Positions 8,936 to 18,521 of a DNA stretch of 54,045 nucleotides are shown here, in pieces. The translations under genes were made by a program, and so were the position numbers. Below the pieces are notes generated by a model that saw only the letters and a program-made list of their open reading frames with translations, was not told the origin of the DNA and did not search any database. Every line of letters starts with the position of its first letter. Position 1 is the first letter of the stretch. The DNA lies in assembly GCA_913042895.1 (NCBI GenBank), contig CAJWMQ010000001.1, forward strand, positions 1 to 54,045, written 5' to 3'. Source of the stretch: an uncultured Verrucomicrobiales bacterium (GTDB lineage Bacteria > Verrucomicrobiota > Verrucomicrobiia > Limisphaerales > UBA1100).

Positions 8936-10520
8936 TGTTAGGTCCAGTGGATGGCGGGAGCGGGGGTAAGGGTGGATTGATCTCAGGTTTACGCTTGTAA
9001 GGGCGAAATTGGGTAATCTGGGTTTTTAGCCATTTAAAATTCAGAGCCAGAGCTACCAAAATCATGAAGAGTACCGATCCAAGATGAACCATTAAATGTA
9101 GATTGCGTTCATCATCATTGGAGTTGGCCATAACCATGCCGACATTAATGACCATGCCCGGGAGCACCCAATCTTCAGCAATCATCTTTTGCGTGAAAAT
9201 AAAATAGAAAATCATCAAAAACAAAAATGGTAAGATAATTAATAGTACCAAGAATAAGGTCGCCAATTTTGGTGTGCGTTTAGGGAAAAAGGTTCGGTGA
9301 AGCCAGACTCCAAGCAAGGCATAGGCAAAAGCATAAAATATATAAAGTGAAGACCCGATATAAAAGTATAAGACTTGGGTTTCGGGTAAGAAATTTTGCC
9401 TCTGATGGTTATCCCAGAGAATATTAAATCCGAATAGGCAAGTCATCGTGGCCAGCCATAGAATTAATAGCCACAAAAGACAGGATAGTGTGCCGTTATA
9501 AAAGAAGAATGCAATGAAACGTTTGAATGGGCTTGTCGGTATGGTTCGTTTAACACGGATACTCAAGTCATCCCTCCCGCCAATACAGAAAAACATTCCC
9601 AAAACTGAAATAGCCCCGATTCCCAGAACTATAGGAAGAACGAATGCTTGTTCCTGATCAAACCAGGCCCACAATAAGAACTGGATAATGATTGCTCCGG
9701 TCATAAACGTGACATAGCGGCGCAAGGGGAGGGAACGGTTGGCTGATGAGGGCGTGATAAAGGCAACGGCGACTTGGTATAACAAGCCGGCCAATATGAG
9801 AAAATCCACTAGATAGGTAGCCACGAACGGGATAAATTCCTGCCAAAAATCTGCTGATGATAATCCTCTGGTTATAACCGAATCGGCTACGGCTGTTCCA
9901 ACTATCACTATGCCAGCAAAAATCGCATTACCTCCCACAAATAGTGCAGCGAGAATCTTCATCACTGTATGAAGCGGTGCCAGGGCAATTACAATTGCCC
10001 CCATTGTGAGCAGCACGTTTAAGGTGAATGTAAGGGCAACGACCAAAAGAATTGTGGGCAGATCGATGCCGCGGAGTAGATAGCTAAATACCAGAAAGGG
10101 AACGGCAGCCGAATAGAACAACACGATTAGATATACGCTGCTAAGCACCTTGCCCCATATGATTTTTTGGGGGGACATGATGGAAATATATTGTAGGTCA
10201 GCATTAATAGATATGCGTTCCATCATGGTTCGTACACCGATGTAAATGGGGATAAAAATGTAGGCGGCAACAAGGGAGGTGAATCCGATCGTTCCAAAGA
10301 TGGTGGGGCCCAAATAATTGGCAGCATTGTTTTGTGTTTCTCCAAAAATCACTGCCCCCAGTGAAATGAGATAAAACACCAGCAGCATGAGCAATAATGT
10401 GCCCGTAACAATCCAGCTGCGAGAGGCCTGACGAAGGTCTTTCACCCAGACCGGATTCACATCGAACTGGAGAAGTCGGGTCAAAAGTGCGGAGGAAGGA
10501 CTTGAAGTGGATTCACTCAT
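8904..10520 (-). CDS. Polytopic integral membrane protein, putative ABC permease partner
   Basis: 538 aa, with at least 12 hydrophobic segments by eye. ATGA overlap with the upstream ABC ATPase gene. AT-rich (about 40% G+C in hand-counted sample lines). No named family recognised. Confidence 0.7.
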   Translation of the reverse strand: MSESTSSPSSALLTRLLQFDVNPVWVKDLRQASRSWIVTGTLLLMLLVFYLISLGAVIFGETQNNAANYLGPTIFGTIGFTSLVAAYIFIPIYIGVRTMMERISINADLQYISIMSPQKIIWGKVLSSVYLIVLFYSAAVPFLVFSYLLRGIDLPTILLVVALTFTLNVLLTMGAIVIALAPLHTVMKILAALFVGGNAIFAGIVIVGTAVADSVITRGLSSADFWQEFIPFVATYLVDFLILAGLLYQVAVAFITPSSANRSLPLRRYVTFMTGAIIIQFLLWAWFDQEQAFVLPIVLGIGAISVLGMFFCIGGRDDLSIRVKRTIPTSPFKRFIAFFFYNGTLSCLLWLLILWLATMTCLFGFNILWDNHQRQNFLPETQVLYFYIGSSLYIFYAFAYALLGVWLHRTFFPKRTPKLATLFLVLLIILPFLFLMIFYFIFTQKMIAEDWVLPGMVINVGMVMANSNDDERNLHLMVHLGSVLFMILVALALNFKWLKTQITQFRPYKRKPEINPPLPPLPPSTGPNNELPPVLNRG

Positions 10521-11446
10521 TGAACCTTGCCCTCGGTAATATTCATGAAAATGTCTTCCAGATTGGCCTTCGTCTGGCGGAATTCGATAATACGATGCCC
10601 GCGCTGAATGATTAGGTTTAACACTTCAAAGGCGTTTTCTTCGGCGCCTTCCACATCAAATTGAATCTCATGCCCAGCTTGGCGTGGTTGATCGACGTGC
10701 GGCATTTCCAGAAGATCACGCAGTAACGAAGTTGGATCACTTAAGGCACGCAGGGCGTAAGTGAGTTTTTCCCTCCTTCGTCCAATCAGGCTGCCGGTTT
10801 CGCCGGCATCAAGAATACGACCTTGCTCAATGATCACAGCGCCATGGCAAATTTCTGTGAGTTCAGCGAGAATATGGGAACTGATAAAAATGGCTTTGCC
10901 CTGATTAGCTAAAAGTACGAGCAGTTCACGTAACTCAATGCGCGCGCGCGGATCAAGGCCGGCTGCCGGTTCATCAAGGATTAGAAATTGTGGATCACTT
11001 ACTAGTGCGCGTGCAAGACTGACGCGTTGTTTCATTCCCTTGGAAAGGGATCGCAGTTGCTTGTCTCGAATGCCAGCGGTGTTGGTGAATTCCTCAACGC
11101 TGAGTACGGCTTGTTCCCGGGCATCCCCGCGGAGACCGTAGGCGCGCGCAAAAAAATCGATATAATCATTCACTGTTGTGTCCCAGTACGCGCGGAGTTC
11201 GTCGGGCACAAAGCCGATGAGATGACGAGCACGTTCTGGGTCTTCCACCACGGAAAGATTATCTAGGCGCACATCGCCGCCGGTGGGTTCATCGAGCGTG
11301 GCCATGATACGCATGGAGGTGGTTTTGCCCGCACCGTTGGGGCCGACAAAGCCGAAGATCTGCCCGCTCTCAAATTGAAAAGATACATCATTGACAGCTA
11401 CGGTTTGGCCGAACTCCCGGCGGAGGTTTTCCACGATGATTCTCAA
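10517..11446 (-). CDS. ABC transporter ATP-binding protein
   Basis: Walker A GPNGAGKTT, signature LSKGMKQR, Walker B FLILDEP, H-loop SSHIL. TTG start overlaps the upstream stop (TTGA). Confidence 0.93.
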   Translation of the reverse strand: MRIIVENLRREFGQTVAVNDVSFQFESGQIFGFVGPNGAGKTTSMRIMATLDEPTGGDVRLDNLSVVEDPERARHLIGFVPDELRAYWDTTVNDYIDFFARAYGLRGDAREQAVLSVEEFTNTAGIRDKQLRSLSKGMKQRVSLARALVSDPQFLILDEPAAGLDPRARIELRELLVLLANQGKAIFISSHILAELTEICHGAVIIEQGRILDAGETGSLIGRRREKLTYALRALSDPTSLLRDLLEMPHVDQPRQAGHEIQFDVEGAEENAFEVLNLIIQRGHRIIEFRQTKANLEDIFMNITEGKVQ

Positions 11447-13275
11447 GGCGTCATTTCCTCCGGCGTTAGTACGCCGATCACGTGGCTCAAGGTGGTGTCC
11501 TTTGTTTTCCGGTGAGCCAGAGGGTTTTCCAGAAACGGAGAGCCGCGGTCAATGACCGCCCAGTAAGTGGACTCCGGCATCAAGCCAATGCTGAGGTACT
11601 CCCATTCCTTCTGGGCGGAGGATTCCAGCAATGTATTGGCGAATTCGTTGATTGTTGAGCGTTGAGGAATACCTGCGGTGTTAGGTCTGAGTGTGACTTT
11701 TTCGCCGGGCAAAATATCGGTGGCTGTAAAGAAATCGCCCCGAGCACTTCGTAGGGTAAGTTGTGAGAGAGGGGCCCCTAGGCTGTTAATGATTTTCGGT
11801 GTGCCGTTTTCCCAATCTATTTCAATACGTTTCTCAGTATGTTCACTCTTTCGTATCGCAAAATGTGTCGGTACTCTTGAGCTGGCCCATTTGCCAGTAA
11901 ATATCTGTTCGCCCCCATCAGTCCATGACACTGAGCGCCCTGACCCCGTGTCACGCTTCCCGCTATCTATCAAAGGCGTAACTTCAGAGTTTCCGGAGAA
12001 ATCCAATCGCCCAGGCGCGATGGGAGCATAAACGCCAATCCCTCCCAAAGTGGCGGCTTCCTGTTCCTTTTGATTTAGAATGGTCACAGACTCAGTGCGA
12101 ACGCGCGGGGTTACACCTTCACTAAAAATAGATACTACAAAAACCAAAGCGCTGGTCAGGAGAGAGATGACTGGCAAGGTCCATAAAAACCAAGCGCGAA
12201 CATCTTTCCGGTTAAGCAAATATAAGTTTATGGGGCCCGCGATTAAAACAAAGAGTGTCAGAAGACCGATCACCAAGCGTACTGGAGTTCTAACCCCATC
12301 GACCACCGGAAAGAAACTATTGAAATCTCGGTTGTTTCCCCCATGCCAATGATGTTCATCGTGAATAATTTCAACAGCTTCATTCAAATCACCTATCATT
12401 GGGATGGCCTTTTGATTGTTTTGAGGAGTGTCTGCTTTGAGTAACTTTAAGATGGAATTTCGGCTCTCATTGGATAAGGATTGGAAATGATCAACCAAGC
12501 CGAATCCAATAAAAAATTCGCGATTAAACCCATTGGATAATGTGGGCGGGTTGGTTTCCTTATCCCCAATGACAACTAAATGTCCACCTGTTCGCACCCA
12601 TCTTTGAATTGCTGAACGGGTATCTTTGTTTGCCTGATTCCATTCCTCCTCGTAGAGGATCAACATATCGTACGCACTATAGTCTAGCCAGTTTGTACCC
12701 CATTTTGACGTGACTCTATCTGAGGTGTGGAAGACAACATGAGGGTTGGCATGTGAGCCATGTCTGCCGTGTGAGCTATGTCTGCCAGGGGATACTCTTG
12801 ATAGAGCTGATTCTAGCGCGGGTTTATCAATTTTTCGACTGAGTAAAACAATGCGGGCCCGCTGCCATCCCGTGTTTTTGTGTTCCCCTAATTTATTACT
12901 TAGACCCATTTCTAAATAGCGTTCTTGTCCATTGCACTCAATAAGAACTTCATCATTGAGATAGCCGAAGGTCAGGGGAGGTTGGAGAATTGTAACCTCC
13001 CGGGTTCCCGGTAAAACGGTAAAGGATCGGGTGACCGAATTCAGACTGTGATCTTCAGCGTAGCTTGAGCTGGGTAGCTTGAAAGAAACACTCCGTTTAC
13101 CGGTGCCTGAGTGATGAATCGTAAATCTATGGGCCGTATATCCATGATAGATAGTTTGGTTATCTGTTTGAGCCTCAATATGCAGATTCAGCTTGGTGAA
13201 TGTGGCTGAGCCAGGGGCGGCCAAGACCGATACGGCAAGGTAATAAAATACACCAATAATGAGGAAGTAACTCAT
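11443..13275 (-). CDS. Uncharacterised 610 aa membrane protein
   Basis: N-terminal signal/anchor (IIGVFYYLAVSVLAAPG), two central TM segments (LVIGLLTLFVLIAGPINLYLL and WFLWTLPVISLLTSALVFVVSIF) and a His-rich GRHSSHGRHGSH repeat. ATGA overlap with the MoxR stop. No family recognised. Confidence 0.7.
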   Translation of the reverse strand: MSYFLIIGVFYYLAVSVLAAPGSATFTKLNLHIEAQTDNQTIYHGYTAHRFTIHHSGTGKRSVSFKLPSSSYAEDHSLNSVTRSFTVLPGTREVTILQPPLTFGYLNDEVLIECNGQERYLEMGLSNKLGEHKNTGWQRARIVLLSRKIDKPALESALSRVSPGRHSSHGRHGSHANPHVVFHTSDRVTSKWGTNWLDYSAYDMLILYEEEWNQANKDTRSAIQRWVRTGGHLVVIGDKETNPPTLSNGFNREFFIGFGLVDHFQSLSNESRNSILKLLKADTPQNNQKAIPMIGDLNEAVEIIHDEHHWHGGNNRDFNSFFPVVDGVRTPVRLVIGLLTLFVLIAGPINLYLLNRKDVRAWFLWTLPVISLLTSALVFVVSIFSEGVTPRVRTESVTILNQKEQEAATLGGIGVYAPIAPGRLDFSGNSEVTPLIDSGKRDTGSGRSVSWTDGGEQIFTGKWASSRVPTHFAIRKSEHTEKRIEIDWENGTPKIINSLGAPLSQLTLRSARGDFFTATDILPGEKVTLRPNTAGIPQRSTINEFANTLLESSAQKEWEYLSIGLMPESTYWAVIDRGSPFLENPLAHRKTKDTTLSHVIGVLTPEEMTP

Positions 13276-14312
13276 GCTTTTTGCAGGGACACATCGCTTG
13301 GTAAATCGAGGCCAGTTTCATCCAGTTCCTCCAGAAGATCAGTAAGCACGCGGTTAGCGTCTACTCGGTCGAAACGCGCCTGGTAATTAAGGATGAGTCG
13401 GTGGTTCATTACCGGCTTGGCCACGGCGGCCACGTCCTCGAAGCCGACGGTAGGGCGGCCATCGAGTAGGGCATTGGCACGGGCGGCTTCGCCCATGGCA
13501 ATGGCCGCCCGAGGCGAGGTACCGTATTGGACGTACTGTTTCACACTCTCTGGCGCCTCGGCATGATCCGGATGCGTGGCGGCCACCAGTCGTGCAATGT
13601 AGCCGGCCACTGGCTTGGGCAGGTAGATGCGTTCCATCACGGTAAAGAGATAATTCAAATCGTCCGCACTGGCCTGCCAGTTTGGCGAAGGAAGATCGCC
13701 TTGGCGACGTTCGGTGATAATACGCTGGAGCACATCGGCATTCACGGCATCAAACATGACTCGGAAGAGAAAACGATCGAGCTGGGCTTCGGGAAGGGGA
13801 TAGGTGCCTTCCATCTCGATGGGGTTTTGACTGGCGATCACAAAAAAGGGTTGGGGCAATTCGCGGGTTTGGCCGCGTAACGTGACTGAGCGTTCCTGCA
13901 TGGTTTCCAGCATTGCGCTCTGGGTTTTGGGCGAGGCGCGGTTGATTTCATCAGCCAACAGGATGTTGGTGAACACCGGGCCGGGTTCAAAAATCATTTC
14001 GCGTTGGCCGCTTTCGGTTTGCTGAAGAATGTGCGAACCGAGTACATCGCCGGGCATTAGATCGGGCGTGAACTGCACGCGGTTGAAATCGAGCTGCAGA
14101 ATATTGCCGATGGTGCGGACGAGGGCGGTCTTGCCCAAGCCTGGCAGGCCTTCGAGCAGAATATGGCCGCGGCTGAGCAGGCCGGTGAGCACGAGGCGAT
14201 GGAGTGATTCACGGCCCAGCAGACAACGGTCCATTTGTTCGCAGATTTGCCGGGTGATCGCGGTGGCGGGATCCAGTTCCGCCGGCTTAAGGAGAGCAGG
14301 AGAGTCACTCAT
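13272..14312 (-). CDS. MoxR-family AAA+ ATPase
   Basis: Walker A GLPGLGKT, Walker B LLADEINR, and SQNPIEMEGTYPLPEAQLDRF, which is typical of MoxR/MRP-type ATPases. Confidence 0.95.
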   Translation of the reverse strand: MSDSPALLKPAELDPATAITRQICEQMDRCLLGRESLHRLVLTGLLSRGHILLEGLPGLGKTALVRTIGNILQLDFNRVQFTPDLMPGDVLGSHILQQTESGQREMIFEPGPVFTNILLADEINRASPKTQSAMLETMQERSVTLRGQTRELPQPFFVIASQNPIEMEGTYPLPEAQLDRFLFRVMFDAVNADVLQRIITERRQGDLPSPNWQASADDLNYLFTVMERIYLPKPVAGYIARLVAATHPDHAEAPESVKQYVQYGTSPRAAIAMGEAARANALLDGRPTVGFEDVAAVAKPVMNHRLILNYQARFDRVDANRVLTDLLEELDETGLDLPSDVSLQKA

Positions 14313-14366
14313 GGGGCTAATTCAATATGCTACCCATCAGCCGGATGAAGAGCACGCAAAAACGGT

Positions 14367-15818
14367 TTATTCAGGCACGGACGGCGGATTCACGCCGGGC
14401 CGGGTGAAGAAGCGTTTCACTGCGGTGCGATGGCGGGGCAGTACGGGGGCCGCCAGCGCGTTGCCGCCGCCGGCTTGGGCGGTATTGAGGGCGCCTTGGC
14501 CGAGGATGGCTTCGCCGCCGGTCACTTCCGGCGCGGTGATGGTTACTCCCGCGAGCTTGGCCTGTTCTAGGGGCACGCTGAGTCCGAGTTTTTGTTCCTG
14601 AAATTCCGCGCCTTCCTCGGAGGATTCATTGCCGTACAACAATGGCGCATGGCCGGGGCCGCGGTTGGCGTCTCCGCGCCCGCCCAACTCCGGTCCGAGT
14701 TGCTCGAGCAATTCCTGAAAATCGCCGCCGTGCTGTTTCAGTAAATCCGCTAAAGGGCCGGGGTCAAGTCCACCCAGTTCGCCGGGTTGGAACTGGTCGG
14801 CTAGGTTTGGCGGGATGAGCCCTTTCTGGGCCAATTGCCTGGCCAGATCGAGGAGTTGGTCCTGATTATTTTCCAGCGCTTCTAAGAGCTGCTTCAGTTG
14901 TTCCGCATCCGGGCCCTCGCCTTGACCAAGTTGTTTGAGTGCCTGTTGCATGGCCTTTTGAAGTTCGGGCGGCAGATTGTTGGGGTCTAGTGCGCCGTCC
15001 TGGTTCAATTGATTCATCAACTGGCCGAGTTGCTTGAGGCCTTCTTCAAACGCTTTTTGGTCTTCCAAACCTTTGGGCAGCATCTCCAGCGCTTTGCCGA
15101 GTAGTGAGGCTTCGTTGAGGGCGTTGAGTTTGGACAAGGCATCCTCGGCTTGTTGCTGGGCGATTTGTTCGTTGGTGTGTAGCAGTTGATCAAGCGCTTC
15201 CCAAGTCTTGGATGGGTTTAAGCCAGAGGCCTGCTCGGCGATGCGGTCGAGTTCCTCGCGTTTGTTTTCCGCTTGTTGCGGGGAGAGGATGTATTCGGAT
15301 TCGAGCACATCAATCTGCTCATGCAGATCCTCCACTTGCTGGCTGATCTCCAAGGGCGGATCGGCGATTAGGCGCGCATACTTTACCGGCAAGAGCAGTG
15401 CCGTAATGAAAAACACCAAGGCCAATATGGTGCCAAGCCACGCGCTGCCGCTGTGCCATTGCACGGAGGGCAAGGCGAGCGAACCGGACCGGGCTTCCCA
15501 CGAACGGGTGTCCACCTCGGCGGCGGCCATCACCAAGCCGCCCGCGTGGTTTTGCCGGTCGAATGCTGCTCGTAACTGTTTGGGATCTGGTCGGCGTTGG
15601 CTTTCGCGATACCATGCTATCGCCACGAGCAAGGCCCACGAGGCCAACAGGTATTTCCACCAGTCTCCCGGCAGATCGCTGGTGAACCGAATGCCAAGTA
15701 CGACTACGCCGGCAATCATCAGCCAGAGCGCGCTCCAGCGGAGCACGGACCGATATATCATCATCGCGTGCACGCGACGCACAAACGATTGTAATGCCGG
15801 ATCAATCGTGCTCATCAA
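14367..15818 (-). CDS. Membrane-anchored coiled-coil protein (Q/L/E-rich)
   Basis: 483 aa. Three N-terminal hydrophobic segments, then a long Q/E/L-rich low-complexity helical region. No family recognised. Sits 54 nt upstream of moxR on the same strand. Confidence 0.65.
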   Translation of the reverse strand: MMSTIDPALQSFVRRVHAMMIYRSVLRWSALWLMIAGVVVLGIRFTSDLPGDWWKYLLASWALLVAIAWYRESQRRPDPKQLRAAFDRQNHAGGLVMAAAEVDTRSWEARSGSLALPSVQWHSGSAWLGTILALVFFITALLLPVKYARLIADPPLEISQQVEDLHEQIDVLESEYILSPQQAENKREELDRIAEQASGLNPSKTWEALDQLLHTNEQIAQQQAEDALSKLNALNEASLLGKALEMLPKGLEDQKAFEEGLKQLGQLMNQLNQDGALDPNNLPPELQKAMQQALKQLGQGEGPDAEQLKQLLEALENNQDQLLDLARQLAQKGLIPPNLADQFQPGELGGLDPGPLADLLKQHGGDFQELLEQLGPELGGRGDANRGPGHAPLLYGNESSEEGAEFQEQKLGLSVPLEQAKLAGVTITAPEVTGGEAILGQGALNTAQAGGGNALAAPVLPRHRTAVKRFFTRPGVNPPSVPE

Positions 15819-15863
15819 CTTTGCCAGCGTAACGGTTGTTGGCGGGGCGTCAAGTCAGCTCCA

Positions 15864-17135
15864 TTAGGCCAATTTCCACTCGCCGCGGCCTGGGCGGTCG
15901 ATGAGGGCGTTGGCATCGGGATCGCCTGAGAACTGGTATTTCTTGGCGTCCCACTGGAGGTTGCGGCGGAGTTGGTAGCCATGGTTGGCGAGGCTGCAGA
16001 GGATGCTGGTGTGAGCGCCGTAGGAGACGTCGGCCACGGGGCGTTTGCGGCTGCGGATGCAGTCGATCCAGTTGCGGCGATGGCTGCGGCCAATGTCCGG
16101 CAGGCGCCAGTCCTTACCGCCGAAGGGGGAATCCGCCGCGCTCTTGGGATCGGCGGTGATGCCGCGGCGATCGACGTACAGCGTTCCTTCGTCGCCGTAG
16201 AAGACCACGTCGTTGAAGGCGTCCTTGGTGCTTTCGTGAATGATCTCCAGGCCATCGGCGTAGATCATCTTCAGGCCGCTGGAGCCTTCCTTGGGTGGGA
16301 TGATTTTGACGGGGCCGGTCTCATCAATGTCCATAGCCCATTTGGCGATGTCGTAATGATGCGCGCCCATGTCGCTGAGGCCGCCGCCGGCGTATTCGCG
16401 GTAGCGCCGCCATTGGGGGAAATGGCGATGAACGTCGGTAGGGCACAGCACGGAGTTAAAGGCGCGCTCGGGTGCGGGGCCAAGCCACATGTCCCAGTCG
16501 ATGCCGTCGGGTTTTTTCTCGGCGGGCAAATCACAGGGTACGCCCGCGCCGCCAACGCCGATCTTGATTTTGCTGACTTTACCCACGCGGTTATTGCGGA
16601 TGCATTCCACGGCTTTGCGGAAGTGGCCGCCAAACTCCGTGCGCTGCTGGCTGCCGACCTGATAGACGATGTCGTGTTTGCGGGCGGCTTTCACGGTCTC
16701 CAACGCGGCGCGGATGGTGACGGTGAGGGGTTTCTCGCAGTACACATCCTTCTTGGCCTCGGCGGCCATGATGGAAGGGATCGCGTGCCAATGATCCGGA
16801 GTGCCGATCACCACGGCATCGACGCGTTTGTCAGCGAGGGTTTCGCGGAAATCCTTGGTGGCTTTGCAGGCGTGGTTGGCGCCGTATTTATCTGCGACAC
16901 GCTTGAGGCCGTTATCGAGGCGCACTTGGGCGACTTCGGCGAGGCTCACCACGCGGCAATCTTGTTGGCCGAGAAAAAAGCCCAGATGCCCGGCGCTTTG
17001 TTTGCCGACACCGATAAAGCCGATCCCGATGGTGTTGCTCGGCTTGTTGGCCCAGGCGTGGCTGGAGATGATGTTTGGCAACGCAATTGCGGCGCCCGTG
17101 GTGGTCTTGAGAAAAGTGCGACGATCCGTTTTCAT
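15864..17135 (-). CDS. Gfo/Idh/MocA-family oxidoreductase with Tat signal
   Basis: MKTDRRTFLKTTTGAAIA twin-arginine signal, Rossmann motif IGFIGVGKQS and the EKP motif (VYCEKPL). Start moved from the ORF-track GTG (17186) to ATG at 17135. Confidence 0.88.
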   Translation of the reverse strand: MKTDRRTFLKTTTGAAIALPNIISSHAWANKPSNTIGIGFIGVGKQSAGHLGFFLGQQDCRVVSLAEVAQVRLDNGLKRVADKYGANHACKATKDFRETLADKRVDAVVIGTPDHWHAIPSIMAAEAKKDVYCEKPLTVTIRAALETVKAARKHDIVYQVGSQQRTEFGGHFRKAVECIRNNRVGKVSKIKIGVGGAGVPCDLPAEKKPDGIDWDMWLGPAPERAFNSVLCPTDVHRHFPQWRRYREYAGGGLSDMGAHHYDIAKWAMDIDETGPVKIIPPKEGSSGLKMIYADGLEIIHESTKDAFNDVVFYGDEGTLYVDRRGITADPKSAADSPFGGKDWRLPDIGRSHRRNWIDCIRSRKRPVADVSYGAHTSILCSLANHGYQLRRNLQWDAKKYQFSGDPDANALIDRPGRGEWKLA

Positions 17136-17211
17136 GGAAATCAACCTGCAACAGGTGTGCTGAAAATCCTGATCGAACCAGAGCACTCTGTAAACCCTGC
17201 ACTAGGCCGTT

Positions 17212-18510
17212 TTACTCGCCGATGCAATAGAGATGGGTATCGGAACGGAGATACAAGCGATTATTGGCCACAGCTGGACTAGCGTTGAAAACACTGCGGT
17301 CACCGGCAAATTCGTTTTGTGCCAACTGTTTAAATTTCGGTTTAGCTTCAATGATAAATGCACCGGCATTTCGGCTAATGGAAATAACTTTTCCATTAAC
17401 AAAAACCGGCGAGGCATAAAATTTCGGTGTACGATTACGGCTTGTGAGTCGTTCACGAAACACTTCCTGGCCGGTCTTGGCATTGAGGCATACCGCGTAT
17501 CCGCTACGATCCATCCAATATAGATGGTTTTCATAATACAACGGGGAGGGTACGTAGGGGGAACGTGTGGCAGTCCAGAGCTTGTGAGACTCGGAGATGT
17601 CTCCTTTACCGCCGATCTTGAGGGCCACGCCGCTTTGGCGCGGATAGCCGCCGAAAGCATAAAGTGCACCATTGCCGGCGATCACGCTTGGAGAAACATT
17701 GCTACCCCCTACATCTGTATAAGCATACCAATTGATCCCGCCTTTCTCTGGATCAAATGCCCAAATCTCACGGGACACTGCTAGAACCAGATCGTTACGG
17801 TCGCCTGACCTAACCAAGGTTGGTGTGGCGTAGGAGTCCTGATAACCCCCGATGTCGCTGGGAGACCATTTCCACGCCACATTGCCGTTTGTTTTATTTA
17901 GTGCGAGCATTTGATGCCCTCGGAGTAGATCATTTAGAAACACTTTGCCTTCGTATAAAACGGGGCTGGCTGAGGCTCCCCAACGTTTTCGACTGGAGTT
18001 AATTCCGGTGGCCGCGCGCCAGAGTTCGCGGCCATTAAGATCAAAGGCAATTAGGCCGGTTTTGCCGAGATAGACATAAACTGCTTTGCCATCGGTTGCG
18101 GGCGTGGCAGTGGCGTAACCGTGTTCAGGTACTCCCATTCCGCCATATTGATCCTCATCGCCCTGCGCTTTGATGTCCTTTTGCCACTGAATCTTACCGG
18201 TTTTTGTATCCACACAAACGACGTGGCGCATAAGGCTGCGCAGGTCGCCATTGGCTTTACCCACACCGTAACCGGAGTAGCACGTGAGAAACAGTTGATT
18301 ACCCCAAATGATTGGACTGGATGCACCGGGGCCGGGTAGTTTTAGCTTCCACTTGAGGTTTTTGGATTCACCCCAGTTTGTGGGAACTGTTTCGTTTTGG
18401 GTGATTCCATCGCCGCTTGGGCCGCGCCACTGCGGCCAGTTTTTTTGGGCCGCATTACCGGTGACAACCAGTCCCCATGCAAGGAGTGCTGGAAGGAGCA
18501 AAAGTCTCAT
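17212..18510 (-). CDS. PQQ-like beta-propeller repeat protein, secreted
   Basis: Signal peptide, WPQWRGP motif and repeated W/G beta-propeller blades typical of the BamB/PQQ-like repeat family. Confidence 0.8.
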   Translation of the reverse strand: MRLLLLPALLAWGLVVTGNAAQKNWPQWRGPSGDGITQNETVPTNWGESKNLKWKLKLPGPGASSPIIWGNQLFLTCYSGYGVGKANGDLRSLMRHVVCVDTKTGKIQWQKDIKAQGDEDQYGGMGVPEHGYATATPATDGKAVYVYLGKTGLIAFDLNGRELWRAATGINSSRKRWGASASPVLYEGKVFLNDLLRGHQMLALNKTNGNVAWKWSPSDIGGYQDSYATPTLVRSGDRNDLVLAVSREIWAFDPEKGGINWYAYTDVGGSNVSPSVIAGNGALYAFGGYPRQSGVALKIGGKGDISESHKLWTATRSPYVPSPLYYENHLYWMDRSGYAVCLNAKTGQEVFRERLTSRNRTPKFYASPVFVNGKVISISRNAGAFIIEAKPKFKQLAQNEFAGDRSVFNASPAVANNRLYLRSDTHLYCIGE

Positions 18511-18521
18511 CGGTTTGTAGA

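Noticed and set aside
12753-12788. 18 bp tandem duplication (gtgagccatgtctgccgt / gtgagctatgtctgccag).
   Set aside because: It is in frame within the 610 aa gene and encodes the GRH[S/G]SH x2 His-rich repeat. This is a coding microduplication, not a regulatory element.
15972-17282. 436 aa plus-strand ORF antisense to the Gfo/Idh/MocA gene. Similar long antisense ORFs occur at 2882-3358(-), 6345-7238(+), 23714-24505(+), 26447-27841(-), 37412-38881(-), 48615-49766(+) and 52175-52963(-).
   Set aside because: Each lies entirely inside, and opposite to, a gene with strong family motifs. The translations are Ala/Gly/Arg/Pro-rich low-complexity sequence, typical of shadow ORFs in GC-rich DNA.
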